DNA from: Oikopleura dioica
Taxonomy: Eukaryota; Animalia; Chordata
Assembly (NCBI GenBank): GCA_907165135.1
Contig: OU015568.1
Span: 1,364,001-1,428,000 of the forward strand
Reading direction: 5' to 3'
Length of the DNA: 64,000 nucleotides
Numbering within the stretch: position 1 is the first letter of the stretch; each line of letters begins with the position of its first letter. The position numbers were made by a program, and so were the translations under genes. Shown here piece by piece: positions 12,268-24,296 of the stretch. Under the pieces are notes generated by a model that worked only from the letters and a program-made list of their open reading frames with translations, searched no databases and was not told the origin of the DNA.

Positions 12268-13670
12268 TTTTCCTTTTTCTTGTTTTCAACTCTTGAAGAT
12301 GTGGATTACAGAAGAGTACGCGAGCTGATATAGGATGCCAACGACGGGCGTTAATTATTCAAGGGAATATTTATCTAATTCATGGCTGCGAAAATAATCC
12401 GAAATTACTGTCTGTTATCATAGGCTTCTAAAGAAGCGCGGGAACGCAATCAAACGACTACAGTATTTTCATTCAAAACAGGGCTAATTTGAGGAGACAG
12501 AAGAGCAAATGTTTTCATGCCTCGACGTTTCCTCATCCTTTTTTGCAACCTTAACTGTTTATTTATGGTTCAAGACGGATTCTAAAGGGTTGACAAAAAA
12601 ATGATTCGCGTTTGACATACGACTCTTTACCCAGGTATCCTTGATAGGTATCATATCTGAAAGATATGTCAATGTATTGTCGATATTCAAGGCCTCGAAA
12701 GTACCACAAGCTTTGAAATAATATGGAGAAATCTTCACTGTAGAATCTACAGTTCATTTTATAAGTACTAAGTTAGTACTACGAACATACATAAAGTATG
12801 CACTAAGTTGACACTACGAAATTAACGAAATCAACGAAATAACAGGTTGATCAATACCTGCCTAGATCATGCCAGGTGACTTCAATAACTGCTAAGTAAG
12901 TCAGTTCATTTTGCCCTGCTTGAATATACAGTTAAATATAAACTGTAAGATGCGCTTATTAGGAGGCTTACTAAGTAAGCCTTACTTACTGGTGGTAAGA
13001 GGGCCCACTTTGATAATTTCAAAAAAATTCTTTCAGGCTTGAAAATCCTGAAAAAACTGCGAGTGTAGGTTTATAGAGCTCGCTGAGACGAGTCGATTGC
13101 TACCTCTTGCTCCTAAAAACTCAAAGATTTTCGGCCTCTGCGAGCGATAAGAAGGTCTCTTATCAAAAATTTTGATTCCACCGCCGTTTTTGTTTTAGAA
13201 TAGCAGGAATCACGTGTGACCCCGGAAAATGATCCTAATGATCGGTTCTATTGACAGGCGAAATTTCAGACCTTCATCATTTGTCCCGCCGAGTTTATCA
13301 GCAAAAAACCGTTTGCGGAAAAATGGGACTGAAAATGGGCCGAAAATTAGGAACAAATCGACAGTAATCCTATAATAATTAAAAATTGAAGGAAACATAG
13401 GGTCTCTTCAATTTCCAGCTGTTATTTTTTTCGTTAGATTTGTTTATTAATATCGTGCTCGATAGATTGACTGATCGCTCCGATAGAAAGTTGAAGAATA
13501 TATAGTAGATTGGCAGATAAAGGGATGAAGAAAAAGGGAGAACGGCGGATAATAAATTAATCAAAAGACAAGAAGGAACTGAAAGCTTGGAAATAAATAA
13601 ATATATCACGGAGGGGAAAGTATTGTTCTTTTTTCAGGAGGTAGCGTTTAGGGAAGCGTTTGAGACGTAA

Positions 13671-16600
13671 TTATATTGCAAGGAATTTTCGCTGGTCGAC
13701 AGGAATCGCGTATTTTTCGTAGACTTCCAGAAGATTGGAGTTGAGGATTTCAAAGACAGAAGATTCAGCCTAATAATAAATTTGATCCCAGGTCAAAATT
13801 AATGCTGTTTTCAAATAACAACAACAAACCTTGATCGTCGGCTGCAGGCAGTGAAGCACCAAGCATCGAAAAATCTGATTATGCGCAGCAAAAAGTTGAA
13901 ACAGCTCATCAAATTTAGAAGACTCAATCATCAATGCTACAGCTATCGAACTGCGGCCGTTCTAAAAACCAAAATTAACAATGGGTTCCACTCAAAACGA
14001 AAAGTCCAAGCCCCAAGTTCAAACCAACCTTCAACGCTTCAGATATCCACTTTGCTTCAACTTTTGCGGCTGTTTCTTTCAGCTCCTCCTCGTCGTTGTT
14101 GTTTTCGATGGTTGACAAAATCTGTCGCGCCAAGATGAAGTGCCCAGCGTCCAGCAGTTGCCCAATTGCTTCTTTGACACACCTCGAAATCATCAAAAGC
14201 TCAACACCATCTAAGATCTTCCCGGCGCCAATTAGACTAGCTGACATCATTTTTATGTGGCTTTTCACAAGTTCGGCGTTTCCTTCCTCTGAACATAAAA
14301 GCGTGACGAGCCCGCGAAGGCCGTTTTCTTCAAAATTCGGCTTGTCGACGGAAGTTGAGAGGAGCTTTTCTATCGCCTGGTCGCGCTTATTGAAGATGGA
14401 GAGGAGCTGCGTAAGGCGACGAAGGTGTTGTGGCTCGCCAGGAGTTTGGCATGAAAGCCGGGCAAGTCTTACGAATAGGGTTTATTTTGGTCGACATAAT
14501 TACAAAAACAACTAACCTGGATTCAATATTGAGTTTGATCCTTTCTCTTCCATTGACTGTTCCTCCAGCGAGCCAGCTATCCGAATCAAGATTGCCCTCC
14601 ATCACCGCTCTCAAATGAAGAACGAATTCAAAGTCTCGCTGGCTTCCCGTCTTGCCAATGCTCCTTACAAGTTCATCAAGATCAAAATCACCCTCCTTAC
14701 TCGCTGCCAAGCAGCCTTGAATCACTTTAAGATCGAAGAGCTCATCGGCGTTTTCTTTGGCGATTTGAGAGCGAGGGTGATACATCATCTTGTCGAAGCG
14801 GAGGTTTTCGTTGACGATTCGGATTGATCCATCGAGACATTCTAGTGCGATTTGATCGCCTGAAACCCACTGGGCAGATTTGGCCTCGAGAGTTTTGAAC
14901 TTAGCGCGAGAGACTTCAGAAAGCTCCTAAGAATAAGGGTATCAAGATGTTAACTTAAGGGTAATCCTATACATCGGCGCGGCGCTGCTCGCTCGATCCG
15001 CACTCCGCCAGAACCTATTTTTCACTAGCCCATAAAATCCCAACGGAGTGAGAGTTTTTCAAAATTCAAAAAGATTTAAGATGCTTAAACTCTCTACTAT
15101 TCCTCTAGCAAAAATGAAAAAAATCGGCAACGAGGAACCATCTGAAAACCGCCGGTTTCCTTCAAAAGACATTTCCCGCCCAATTTCTCATTCAAATTTC
15201 ACAAAAATCAGATGGTCTTGTAGAGAATCGTCTGTTCTACAATTCTTGTTTCTTAGATTTTCTTTTTACGCTCACAAAAATTCTCTATGATAGTTTGAAG
15301 AGAGTGCTATTATTTTCTGCGCGAGCGCGCCGTGAGAAATAGGAAGCAAAGAGGCGCGAGGAAGAATAGCGCTCTTTTCAAATGACCATATAAAATTATT
15401 GAGAGCACAAAAACAAAATCTAAGAAACAGGAATTGTAGAGCAGACGATTCTCTACAAGACCATCTGATTTTTGTGAAATTTGAATGAGAAATTGGGCGG
15501 GAAATGTCTTTTGAAGGAAACCGGCGGTTTTCAGATGGTTCCTCGTTGCCGATTTTTTTCATTTTTGCTAGAGGAATAGTAGAGAGTTTAAGCATCTTAA
15601 ATCTTTTTGAATTTTGAAAAACTCTCACTCCGTTGGGATTTTATGGGCTAGTGAAAAATAGGTTCTGGGGGAGAGCGAATCGAGCGAGCAGCGCCGCGCC
15701 GATGTATAGGATTACCCTTAAGAGGAAATGATAACCTGAATGTCCCAGACAGAGATTTCCTTCTCGCCTTGAATAATCGCTAGTGTATTTCCTCTTCCAG
15801 GAGCGAAGCTTATCCCTTTTGGTTTTCGCAATTCGAGGGGTTTCGTCGCTCTCGTTTTGCTCTTTGTATCGATGCAACAAACAAAGCCATCATTGTACGC
15901 TAAGAGCATCAAATTACTCTTCCAGGCAGCAGCAGAAACAGTGCCGATCTCTGCTTTTAGTCGATTTTCTTTGTCCTCGCGGAGCTTTGTATCGAGAACA
16001 TTGAGAATTCTGATGCGGTTTTCAAGGTCGAAAAACATAATTCTCTCTTCTGGCCCTTCTTTTGACAACCAGCAGGGCGCTTGGTACATGTACGGCGAGT
16101 TGAAGCTCGGAAAACGTCGGAGAAGCTTCCCTGTTCGACAGTAGAACTCTGGTGGCTGGTAGACTTTTGCCTCGCCGAGGAAATCAGAGTTGAAGAAGAT
16201 GAGTAAGTGGCGGGAGGAAGGCGAGGGAAGGATTTTTTCAATCGCAGACTCGTTATTCTTTCGCCGAAGAACCCGTGTGCGACCTGAAGATACAGTAAGA
16301 AAACAGTCTTATCAATAGAAATGTTTTTCATAAGTGAACCGCTATTTCGATATTTACTTCAAGCGACTTGGCATCAAAAGAAGTACCTATTATTTCGATT
16401 TGCATAGAAAGTTTGTATTCGAAGAAACCGGACTGAAGAAATGGGGCAGTTTTGTATAAAATTTCAAACGACGATTTTCGAGGATTGATACAAAATTTGA
16501 CCACGCCCGTGATAGTCAGTGCTTGATCCCTTCTTGTATCATTTTTCAGGCGGCCTTGCATCAGATAATGCGATCAATGTCAATATCCGGCGACGGAAAA

Positions 16601-18616
16601 GTGCGCGGAGAAGACAAGTTCTAAGGAGTTGCGGTCATCTTATTAAGATTCATCTCAAGTTAAGGAGCTAAGGCTTAAGGACTACCGCTGGACATCTGTT
16701 CGACCGTACTTGGTCATCTTTCAACTTGAAAACCGAAACTAAAGAGCTTTCTTACCGGAGAAAATATTCAGCAGAGTAACGACATTGTTAACTGTAGTTT
16801 CCGCAGCTCCACTCGTCGAAGCCCAGGAGATCACGTGTTCTGCGTCTATCCAACACATTCCTTTAATCTGCGTCGAGTGGACCGAGAGCTCTCGCTCGCA
16901 TTTGCCAGAATAGAGGTCGATTATTTGAACGTTTCCGTTTTTCATCCCCCTAGCAGCACGTGGTCGCCAGTTCAAAAAGTTCTTCGTCGAAACGGGCGGA
17001 CCAAGAGAGATTATTGTATCTCTTGGAGCGATGGAATGACCGTTTTGCCCAGCAAGACGGAGAGTCAAGTTTCTCTGCTCGACTTTGCCGAGCTCCATAT
17101 CAGTAGCGGTTATCTCTGTAGGACCCAGAAGACGGCCGAGGAAATCTCCATTCGATTGGTTGCTCTCCTTCAAGACAAAGAACTTGCCATCGTTTTCGCG
17201 CTCTTGGCAGACTTCTAGCTTGAATTTGAGGACCCGCGAATCAGTCAGAAGCAAGCTTATATTCGTCTCCGATCTCGGATCGACGATCAATCCTCTGCAT
17301 TTGCACCAGCCGGTCATGCGCAAACCATCAGACTGGCAAGCGTTCTGGAGCTTAAGCCCTTTGTCGATGTTCTTTTCCGAGATCTGAAAAGCCCTGACGG
17401 AGATGGAAGCATTTTCATGAGCAGCGTACAGAGCTGGTCGGTACTTAGCCGCGTAAATAGAAATTATCGGCGACGTCGACTTGTCCATCTCGACGAGAGA
17501 GAAAATATCGAGCGTTGCCATGTCAAAAATGACGATCGCTCGACGAAACGCAAGATATGCCATGGTTGGCATTGACGGCATAAGTCCGAAGCCGACACTT
17601 TGCGAGAAGTCGGCCAGATCGGATGATTGGGGAAGATGGTCACGGGAAAAGACAAACTTTCGCTGGGGATAATCGAGGTACAGTCGACGAGGACTTTTCG
17701 CCGGTTCTTTCTCGATAGAAAAGTCGATGATCTTCAAAATCGCCTTGTCGGTTTGGACAAAGAGCTTGCTTTGCTCTTGGAGATCAACGACGAGGCGAAG
17801 GATGTTCTCGTCTCTTCCAAGATCGAGCTTCGAGTTCCAGACAAAAGCGCCAGTTGTTGAGTTGATCAAGAAGATCTGAGAGCTCGTCGCGGCAACGAAG
17901 AACTGCGACGTGTTTTGCGTTGATGCAAAGTCTGTGAGCCATTGAAGGGATGCAACGGTCGCTGGGAGAGAGGCTTTGGAGACGATCTTGTTCGCTAGAA
18001 CGTCCCAGACGAGGATGTCACCATTGTTGTACGAGGCTAAAAGTCGCGAGCGTTGGCAACCTTTATTCAGGGCTCCACTTAGGAGTTAACGCTGGAACGC
18101 ATATCGACCCATTTTTGGGTAAGGCGCTGAAATATGCCTTCAGAAATCATCATTTTCTAGTTTTTAAACAACAGATGAGAGATTTTATATGTATCTATCC
18201 TTGTAGTTTATTGTCTAAAGATCTTGTTTATGATAAAATTTGGGTTGATGTAAGCAAGAAAACGGGTCTACGGCCTCTCACCCAAAAATGGGTCGATATG
18301 CGTTCCGGGAAAAAAACCATTTCATGCGTTCCGGCGTTAAGATTTCTACAATATTTTTCTAAATAAAAATGAGGATTTGAATGGAAATAAAGATCGTCCC
18401 TGGCCCTGGTTCAAATTTTAAGATATCGATTTTCCGTCCTGAATTCGAATTGAGAGAGATGACTGATTGTCCTGTCACTTGTTCTCGAATATCAATGAGG
18501 TCGTTAGCAGAAATCGCTACAAGGCCGGACCAAGAAGCATCCACTCCAAGTGTGTCGATGCCGAAGCTGGCGCCCGCCTGCTGCCGGGGACGGATTCTGT
18601 CTTCTAGGGCAGTCAT
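13671..18616 (-). CDS. WDR11: WD repeat-containing protein 11
   Basis: DASWSGLVAI, RLLASYNNGDILVWDV, AYLAFRRAIVIFDM, ALYAAHENASISVR and C-terminal ASLIGAGKILDGVELLMI are collinear with WDR11 from recall. Multi-exon; two introns carry MITEs. Confidence 0.88.
14959..15717. mobile_element. Near-perfectly palindromic MITE, TTAA TSD, in a WDR11 intron
   Basis: TTAA|GGGTAATCCTATACATCGGCGCGG ... CCGCGCCGATGTATAGGATTACCC|TTAA. The arms are almost identical over more than 300 bp, which explains the mirror-image ORFs 15048-15290(+) and 15272-15628(-). Confidence 0.95.
18090..18336. mobile_element. piggyBac-like MITE, TTAA TSD, in WDR11 intron 1
   Basis: TTAA|CGCTGGAACGCAT ... ATGCGTTCCGGCG|TTAA, plus a 26-bp subterminal inverted repeat GGAACGCATATCGACCCATTTTTGGG. 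Confidence 0.85.
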
Positions 18617-19235
18617 TTTCGATGATTTTACATTCTAAAGTTGAGGATTTTCAAGAAAGGGGAGTTCGAAGGCAATTTTATTTGAAGTAAGAAGAGTTAG
18701 AGAAGCTGGAAGCGTGAGCAGTTAGTTTGTCAGTTGTTTGAAATAAGGAAATGTACAGTTCGGGGAGTATTTTGTTGGAATTGAGGATAAGGATGCAGAA
18801 TAACGACATGTTTTTTCGTTGGATACTTTCTGGCGATGGATTCGTTTGAATATGAAGCGTTTGTTTTGATTTTACAAGGGCCCCATATCCGGGTATTTCA
18901 GCTTGACGTTGTCTTAAAAGAAACGGTTAGATAACCACTTAAATTTTCGCTATTTTCCAATTAAAGCTAGGAAAAAAATTTAAAATGAGATCAATTGACT
19001 CGTAAAATCGATAACGCTATCGTTTGACGTGTATTTTAACGAATTAGACGGATTAAACGAGCCCAGAATAGGTATCTAGGAAGATTCCTCGTTAAAGGAA
19101 GCGCTGGAAAATTTTTACACGATCCTTTCATAATCATGAATTTCAATCAGTCTAAGGCTGGATAAAACCAGTCTCGAAACAACCAAAATACAATATAAAA
19201 GAAAGACTGTCAGAGACACTGCCATTTGGAAAAAT

Positions 19236-20894
19236 ATGATTCTAGTCAAAGGAAAAGTCGTTGAATGCGTCGGCGACGAAATGATGGCAATTATTTGGGA
19301 GAAGATAAAGTACAAACTCATCCTGCCATATGTCGACTTTGGCAAGAACCTGGAGGTCTTTGACTTGACCTTAGAGAACAGAGTGATTTATGGGGATGAG
19401 ATTGTTCTCGATGCTGCAAAGGTGACCGCATCAATACTGTAACTATCAAGAAAATAAATGTTCAAGGCGATCAAAGAAGCAGGAGTTGGCATCAAATGTG
19501 CGACGATAACTCCCGATGAGAAAAAATGCGAAGAAATCGGCAAAGTGCTCCGCTCTCCGAATCATATTATTAGAGAATATCTCGGTGGCATCATTTTACG
19601 CGAGCCAGTGATCTGCGAAAATATTCCTAAAATCATCAAGAGTTGGGTCAACCCGATTTATATTGCAAGACATGCATATGCTGGAAATAAGGTACAAAGC
19701 CAAATGAGGAGTATTTCGATAGAATCAAAATATAATATATGATATATTATATATCCTTTAAAATTCGAGTTATCTTCATATTCAGGATGTTCATGAAATG
19801 TGCATCGAGGGAAAAGGTCAACTGAAGCTGAGTTTCGTGGATGAAATCAGCGGAGTTCAAACCGAAAAGGTAATCAAAGCCAGTTAATCTCGGCATTATA
19901 TAAACACTCGTCATTTCCGCTAAAAAGGACGAAATATACGTTCATCTCTAAGTCGCCCTAATCGCCTTAAGATCATCGCCGAAGAAACGAAAGATGGCGT
20001 TATTGGCGCGACTTTCATCGAAGAGTATGCGATCCGAGCATTTGCTCGGGGATCGATGGAGTTTGCTGTTGAAAAATGTCTTCCTCTCTTTCTATCGACG
20101 AAATCGACGATTTTGAAAAATTACGATGGGCTCTATCAGGTCTCATACGCGAAAAACAACGTCTTATAATACTCATTTTAGAGAGTATTCCAAGAAGTCT
20201 ATGAAAACGAGTTCAAAAGTCGATTCGAAGAACGCGGTATTTTCTACAACTTCATTTTGATCGATGCGATGGTTGCCAAAGCCATGAAGTCAAAAGGAGG
20301 ATTTGTCTGGGCGATGAAAAATTACGATGGGGATGTACAATCAGACTTCGTATCCCAAGGTTTGTAAAGATCTGGCAATCTAAACTTGAAACTCTTCAAG
20401 GATTTGGTTCGCTCGGACTAACATCATCATACTTGATGACAGACGACAAGAAGGTCATCCAGACTGAAGCTTGCCACGGAACTGTGAAAAATCATTTCAA
20501 AAAGTATCTCCGCGGAGAGCCAACGTCAACTAACCCTATCGGTAAAACTCTCTTTTTTTCACCATCAATTCCAACCTTCAATTCAAGCTTCAATCTTCGC
20601 CTGGACGAAAGCGCTGGCTCATCGAGGTCAACTCGACAAAAACGAAGAACTCGTTAAATTTACTGAAATTGTCGAAAAAGGTTGATGATCAAAATTGACC
20701 ACTGAAAGACTAAAACTTAAGTTTGTATTGCTACAATCGAATCTGGCTGCATGACGAAAGATCTCGCCGCCGCGCTGAAAAACAACGAATTCGAGTCCAT
20801 GACCGAGAACGACTACTTGACTACTTTCGAATTTCTCGACAAGATCGCGCAAAATTTGCGTTCCTGTATGATCCTTCCCAAAATGAACATTTAG
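19236..20894 (+). CDS. IDH1/2-like: Divergent isocitrate dehydrogenase, NADP-type (IDH1/2 family) paralog
   Basis: [67 protein letters not shown] and [11 protein letters not shown] are collinear with IDH1 across 7 exons. Confidence 0.93.
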
Positions 20895-23686
20895 ATCCAT
20901 CTCTCTTTACAATAAATATAATTTCCCCTACCTTTGTTGTGTTTAACCGGATCATCCTTGTAGAGCACCGGGTCGGCCCGAAATTCAACAGCTTTCAGCG
21001 GCATCTTGCCAAACTCTTTCACAAAGAAGTTGATGCACTCTGATCGCTCGACCATATGTCCCGGGTCGACGGAAATGGAGACTTGCTGAGAGCACTCGGT
21101 GCACTTGAATTTCTTCCTCGGTGAGACTTTTAGAGGAGCTTTCGCGGTTTGATTAGCGATCACGAAATTCATCAGAATATCTTCGCAGTTCATGTGCTCA
21201 TCTACCCAGTTGACGATTTTAGCTAAAGCAGGATTTAGACGAGGTTAAATAGCGAGATCAAGCAAGAAGCCCTTTGATCAATTTTATTGCTATAGTCTAT
21301 AGCCTATAGAAAAAGCTCACCTGGTGTTTGATGATAGTACGCATGCGAAAAGTACTTGTGATAGAACGCAGCTCCAGTCAAAATCATACTGTTAGCATTT
21401 GTCCATTCACTTTCGTATTTCCAATTTTGCTTGTCTTCTTCCCACAGATGCAGTCTATTCGGATACCCGACCAGTCTGTCTGGATATTCTCGCCAGACCT
21501 GGTAGCTGAGAGGAAAATAAAGATGAGCTCTAGCGCGTTCTTTTCTTACCCAAATTGAATCTCATCCGCCGTCAACATTACAATATCGTCATCGATTGAG
21601 AGAACGCAGCTGGTTTCGATCTCGTCGTAAGGATAAAATCGATTCGAGAGGACGTTCTTCTTCGTCTGAATCACTCGAATCGGAATAGAAATTTGAGGAA
21701 AGGTAGAGGCAAGAGGCGGTGCCTTCGATTGATTGTTCCAGATCACGAGTACTTTTTTCAGCCCCGGTGCCTTGGCGACGGACTCGATGACCCGGTACAG
21801 TGATTCGACTCGATCGTAGGCCAAGATCACTGCCGTAAAGCCTTCGTCTGGCGCTAGAATAGATATCGTTAGGTATTATCATCACTTTGGGACGATTTCT
21901 TAAGGGGCGGGTCGACGAGAATCGGAATTTTTAAACCAATTTTCCCGAAAAACCCGATTCTGTAAACATATTTTGACTTATCAGGTGAGAACAGAAGGGT
22001 ATTTAGAAGACAGCGGCAACGAGTTTCACGAGTTTTTGCAGGAATTTCGTGCACTTCATTACCAAATGTGGCATAAAAAAAATAGCGAAAAAATCGCTAA
22101 ATTGCCAAAATTGCGATTTGGGGTCCACTTTGAGACACGATTACGCCCATTTTTTCTGGACAAAATTTTTTCTAGTTTTCGCCGCTGTATTTTTCAAACC
22201 CTTTTCTACTCACCTGACCAATCAGAATTTTTCATTCAAAGCTAGTTTTCCCGGAATTTTGGTTTAAAAAATCCCGATTCTCGTCGACCTCCCCCTTAAG
22301 TCGTAGAATGTGCTCCTAGTATGACTTCCTAGTAGGAAGTTCCTACCTATTCTGTTAAGAAACAGCGGCGACTGAACTCCTCTTATCGGTCCATTCCAAA
22401 AGTCAACACCGTGGACCTTATGCGGAAAGAGTCGATCATGGAGATGCCCCAGAAACCCTTCGAAAACAGCGCCCATGGAAGAAAAGAACTTGTCAAAAGT
22501 CCAGATGCCGCGTTCTCGAGCTCGAATGAGGTCTTCCTTTGGAAACTTTTGAATGAAATCGGCGATTTTATGCATGTCAGAAGGTCGGAAAGTGGTCGAG
22601 AATTCATTCCAGTCAATTTTTTCTACGAAAAGCTCTTGTTGAATCGTCGAAAAAAAATCGAAAAGTACCTTGAAATGGAAGCTGTAACGAGTATTTTCCA
22701 ACGATAATCGGGTAGCAGCCGGTTCCAAGAGCAGCGGCAAGCATTTTGTTCTGGAAACCAAATTTTGCCGAGTAAGAAACAAGACAGAATTTCGCCTTCT
22801 TCATCGAAAGAGGAATTTCAAAAGATTCACCGGTTATTGAGCAGTATGAGTCGGCAGATCCGCATTTGTTCAGTTTCAGCTGGCTGAGACCAGAAATTGA
22901 TCTGAGGCCGGTTTCAATCGAGGCTAGATTAATCGTCATCAGAAGTTGCTAAAAGAAGAACTCACATTCGAAGGGACCGAGAGAAATCAGATCATATGTT
23001 CGCTCTTCTTCGAAAAAATCTTCAGACAAATCCACGATCGGACGAAGGAAATGTGAATAGAAAGAGATCGGAATGTCGAATCCATGTCGAACCGTAAAAT
23101 CGGTCAATGTCGAGGTCGCCACGAGCGCCTCTCCGGTCTCCAGCTCGAAGTCTTTGACACTGTGACTCGAGAAGATCACCCAGTTTTTCCCGCCATTCCA
23201 GTAGGGCAAGTTCTTCAGAACAGCAGATGCTTTTTGAATGTTTTCGACGCGAGAAAGGGAGAGAAAATCGATTGGCGGAAGTCGTACACAAGCAGTTTCA
23301 GCGTTGTTAGTGTAATACTCGGATTCGGCCACCCATTTGTAAAGCGAGTAGAATTCGCGCGAAATATCCGGCGTTACCTTCTTCTTTCCGCCATCGTGAA
23401 AGTGTTGAAGAGGAGGAGCATAAACAGTCAGCTTTGTACAGTTGAAGATATCCCAGCAGTTCGACCAACGACAGTCGGAATCGAACGGATCCGTGTCGAC
23501 CAGATTTTCAACCTTTAGAAGAGGGAGAGAACTCAGCCGATCAAGTCGAAGGTTTTGGTAGTTGGTCTTCGGAGGAGCAGTTGCCCAGAGATAGATGGAG
23601 ACCAATACGAAGGAGTAGAAAAAGGTCGACTTCCATCGCTGGAAGAACTCGGCCAGGGAGCTGGACTCCTTCTTTTCTTTGTGCAT
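20891..23686 (-). CDS. EXT2: Exostosin-2 (heparan sulfate copolymerase)
   Basis: N-terminal TM anchor; [61 protein letters not shown] and [10 protein letters not shown] match EXT2 from recall. Confidence 0.95.
21904..22295. mobile_element. MITE, TTAA TSD, ~45-bp TIRs, in an EXT2 intron
   Basis: TTAA|GGGGCGGGTCGACGAGAATCGGAATTTTTAAACC ... GGTTTAAAAAATCCCGATTCTCGTCGACCTCCCCC|TTAA. Confidence 0.88.
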
Positions 23687-24296
23687 TTTTCACCGTTTCT
23701 GTCGACTTACGATTTCATGTCTAGAGTAAGATACAGATAAGCTTCAATTTTGAAGAACTTGGATAAACTCTCACAGAACAGCACAGTACAGCGAGGAAGC
23801 CGCTCGCGTATTTTTAGTCTCTTATACAGATTTATCAAGAGCTGATAATTCTCGCTTATTATAATCACGTTGTCTTGATATAAAATCTACCGATAGCTAA
23901 CCTGCCAAATAAAACCTGCAAGAAATGAGTACAAAAGACAAAATCTATGAAAAAACTCTTGTTCAGCTTTTTTCATAATTGTTTTACGATTTTTTTGATG
24001 GATGGTCGAGCATTGACAAGTTTTATTCACGTTTTAGGGTCTCTCGCTTGCCCAAAAAAGGAGCTCGCTCGAGATAATAAATAGGGGGATCCGGATCGCA
24101 AAGGGTTAACTTCGAAGTTGCCCCGTTACGGGCAGTACAGGAGAGAAGGAGAGATGACAAGTAGTTGTAGTTTAAACACAAGTAATAAAAATTAACGTAC
24201 AATTTGAGACAGAATTATGCCTAAATTATAGTAGTTTTAATTAGTTACTGGAATGCATCCTTTTTGATACAGTTCCTCGTTCTCTTCCTGGAGAAT

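Noticed and set aside
12760-13000. Possible Helitron 3' end (hairpin AGGCTTACT-A-AGTAAGCCT at 12964-12982, then CTGG)
   Set aside because: No second copy or identifiable 5' TC end in the window, and the hairpin is AT-rich; insufficient evidence.
15048-15628. Duplicated ORFs MRVFQNSKRF... on both strands
   Set aside because: They are mirror artefacts of the palindromic MITE arms, not genes.
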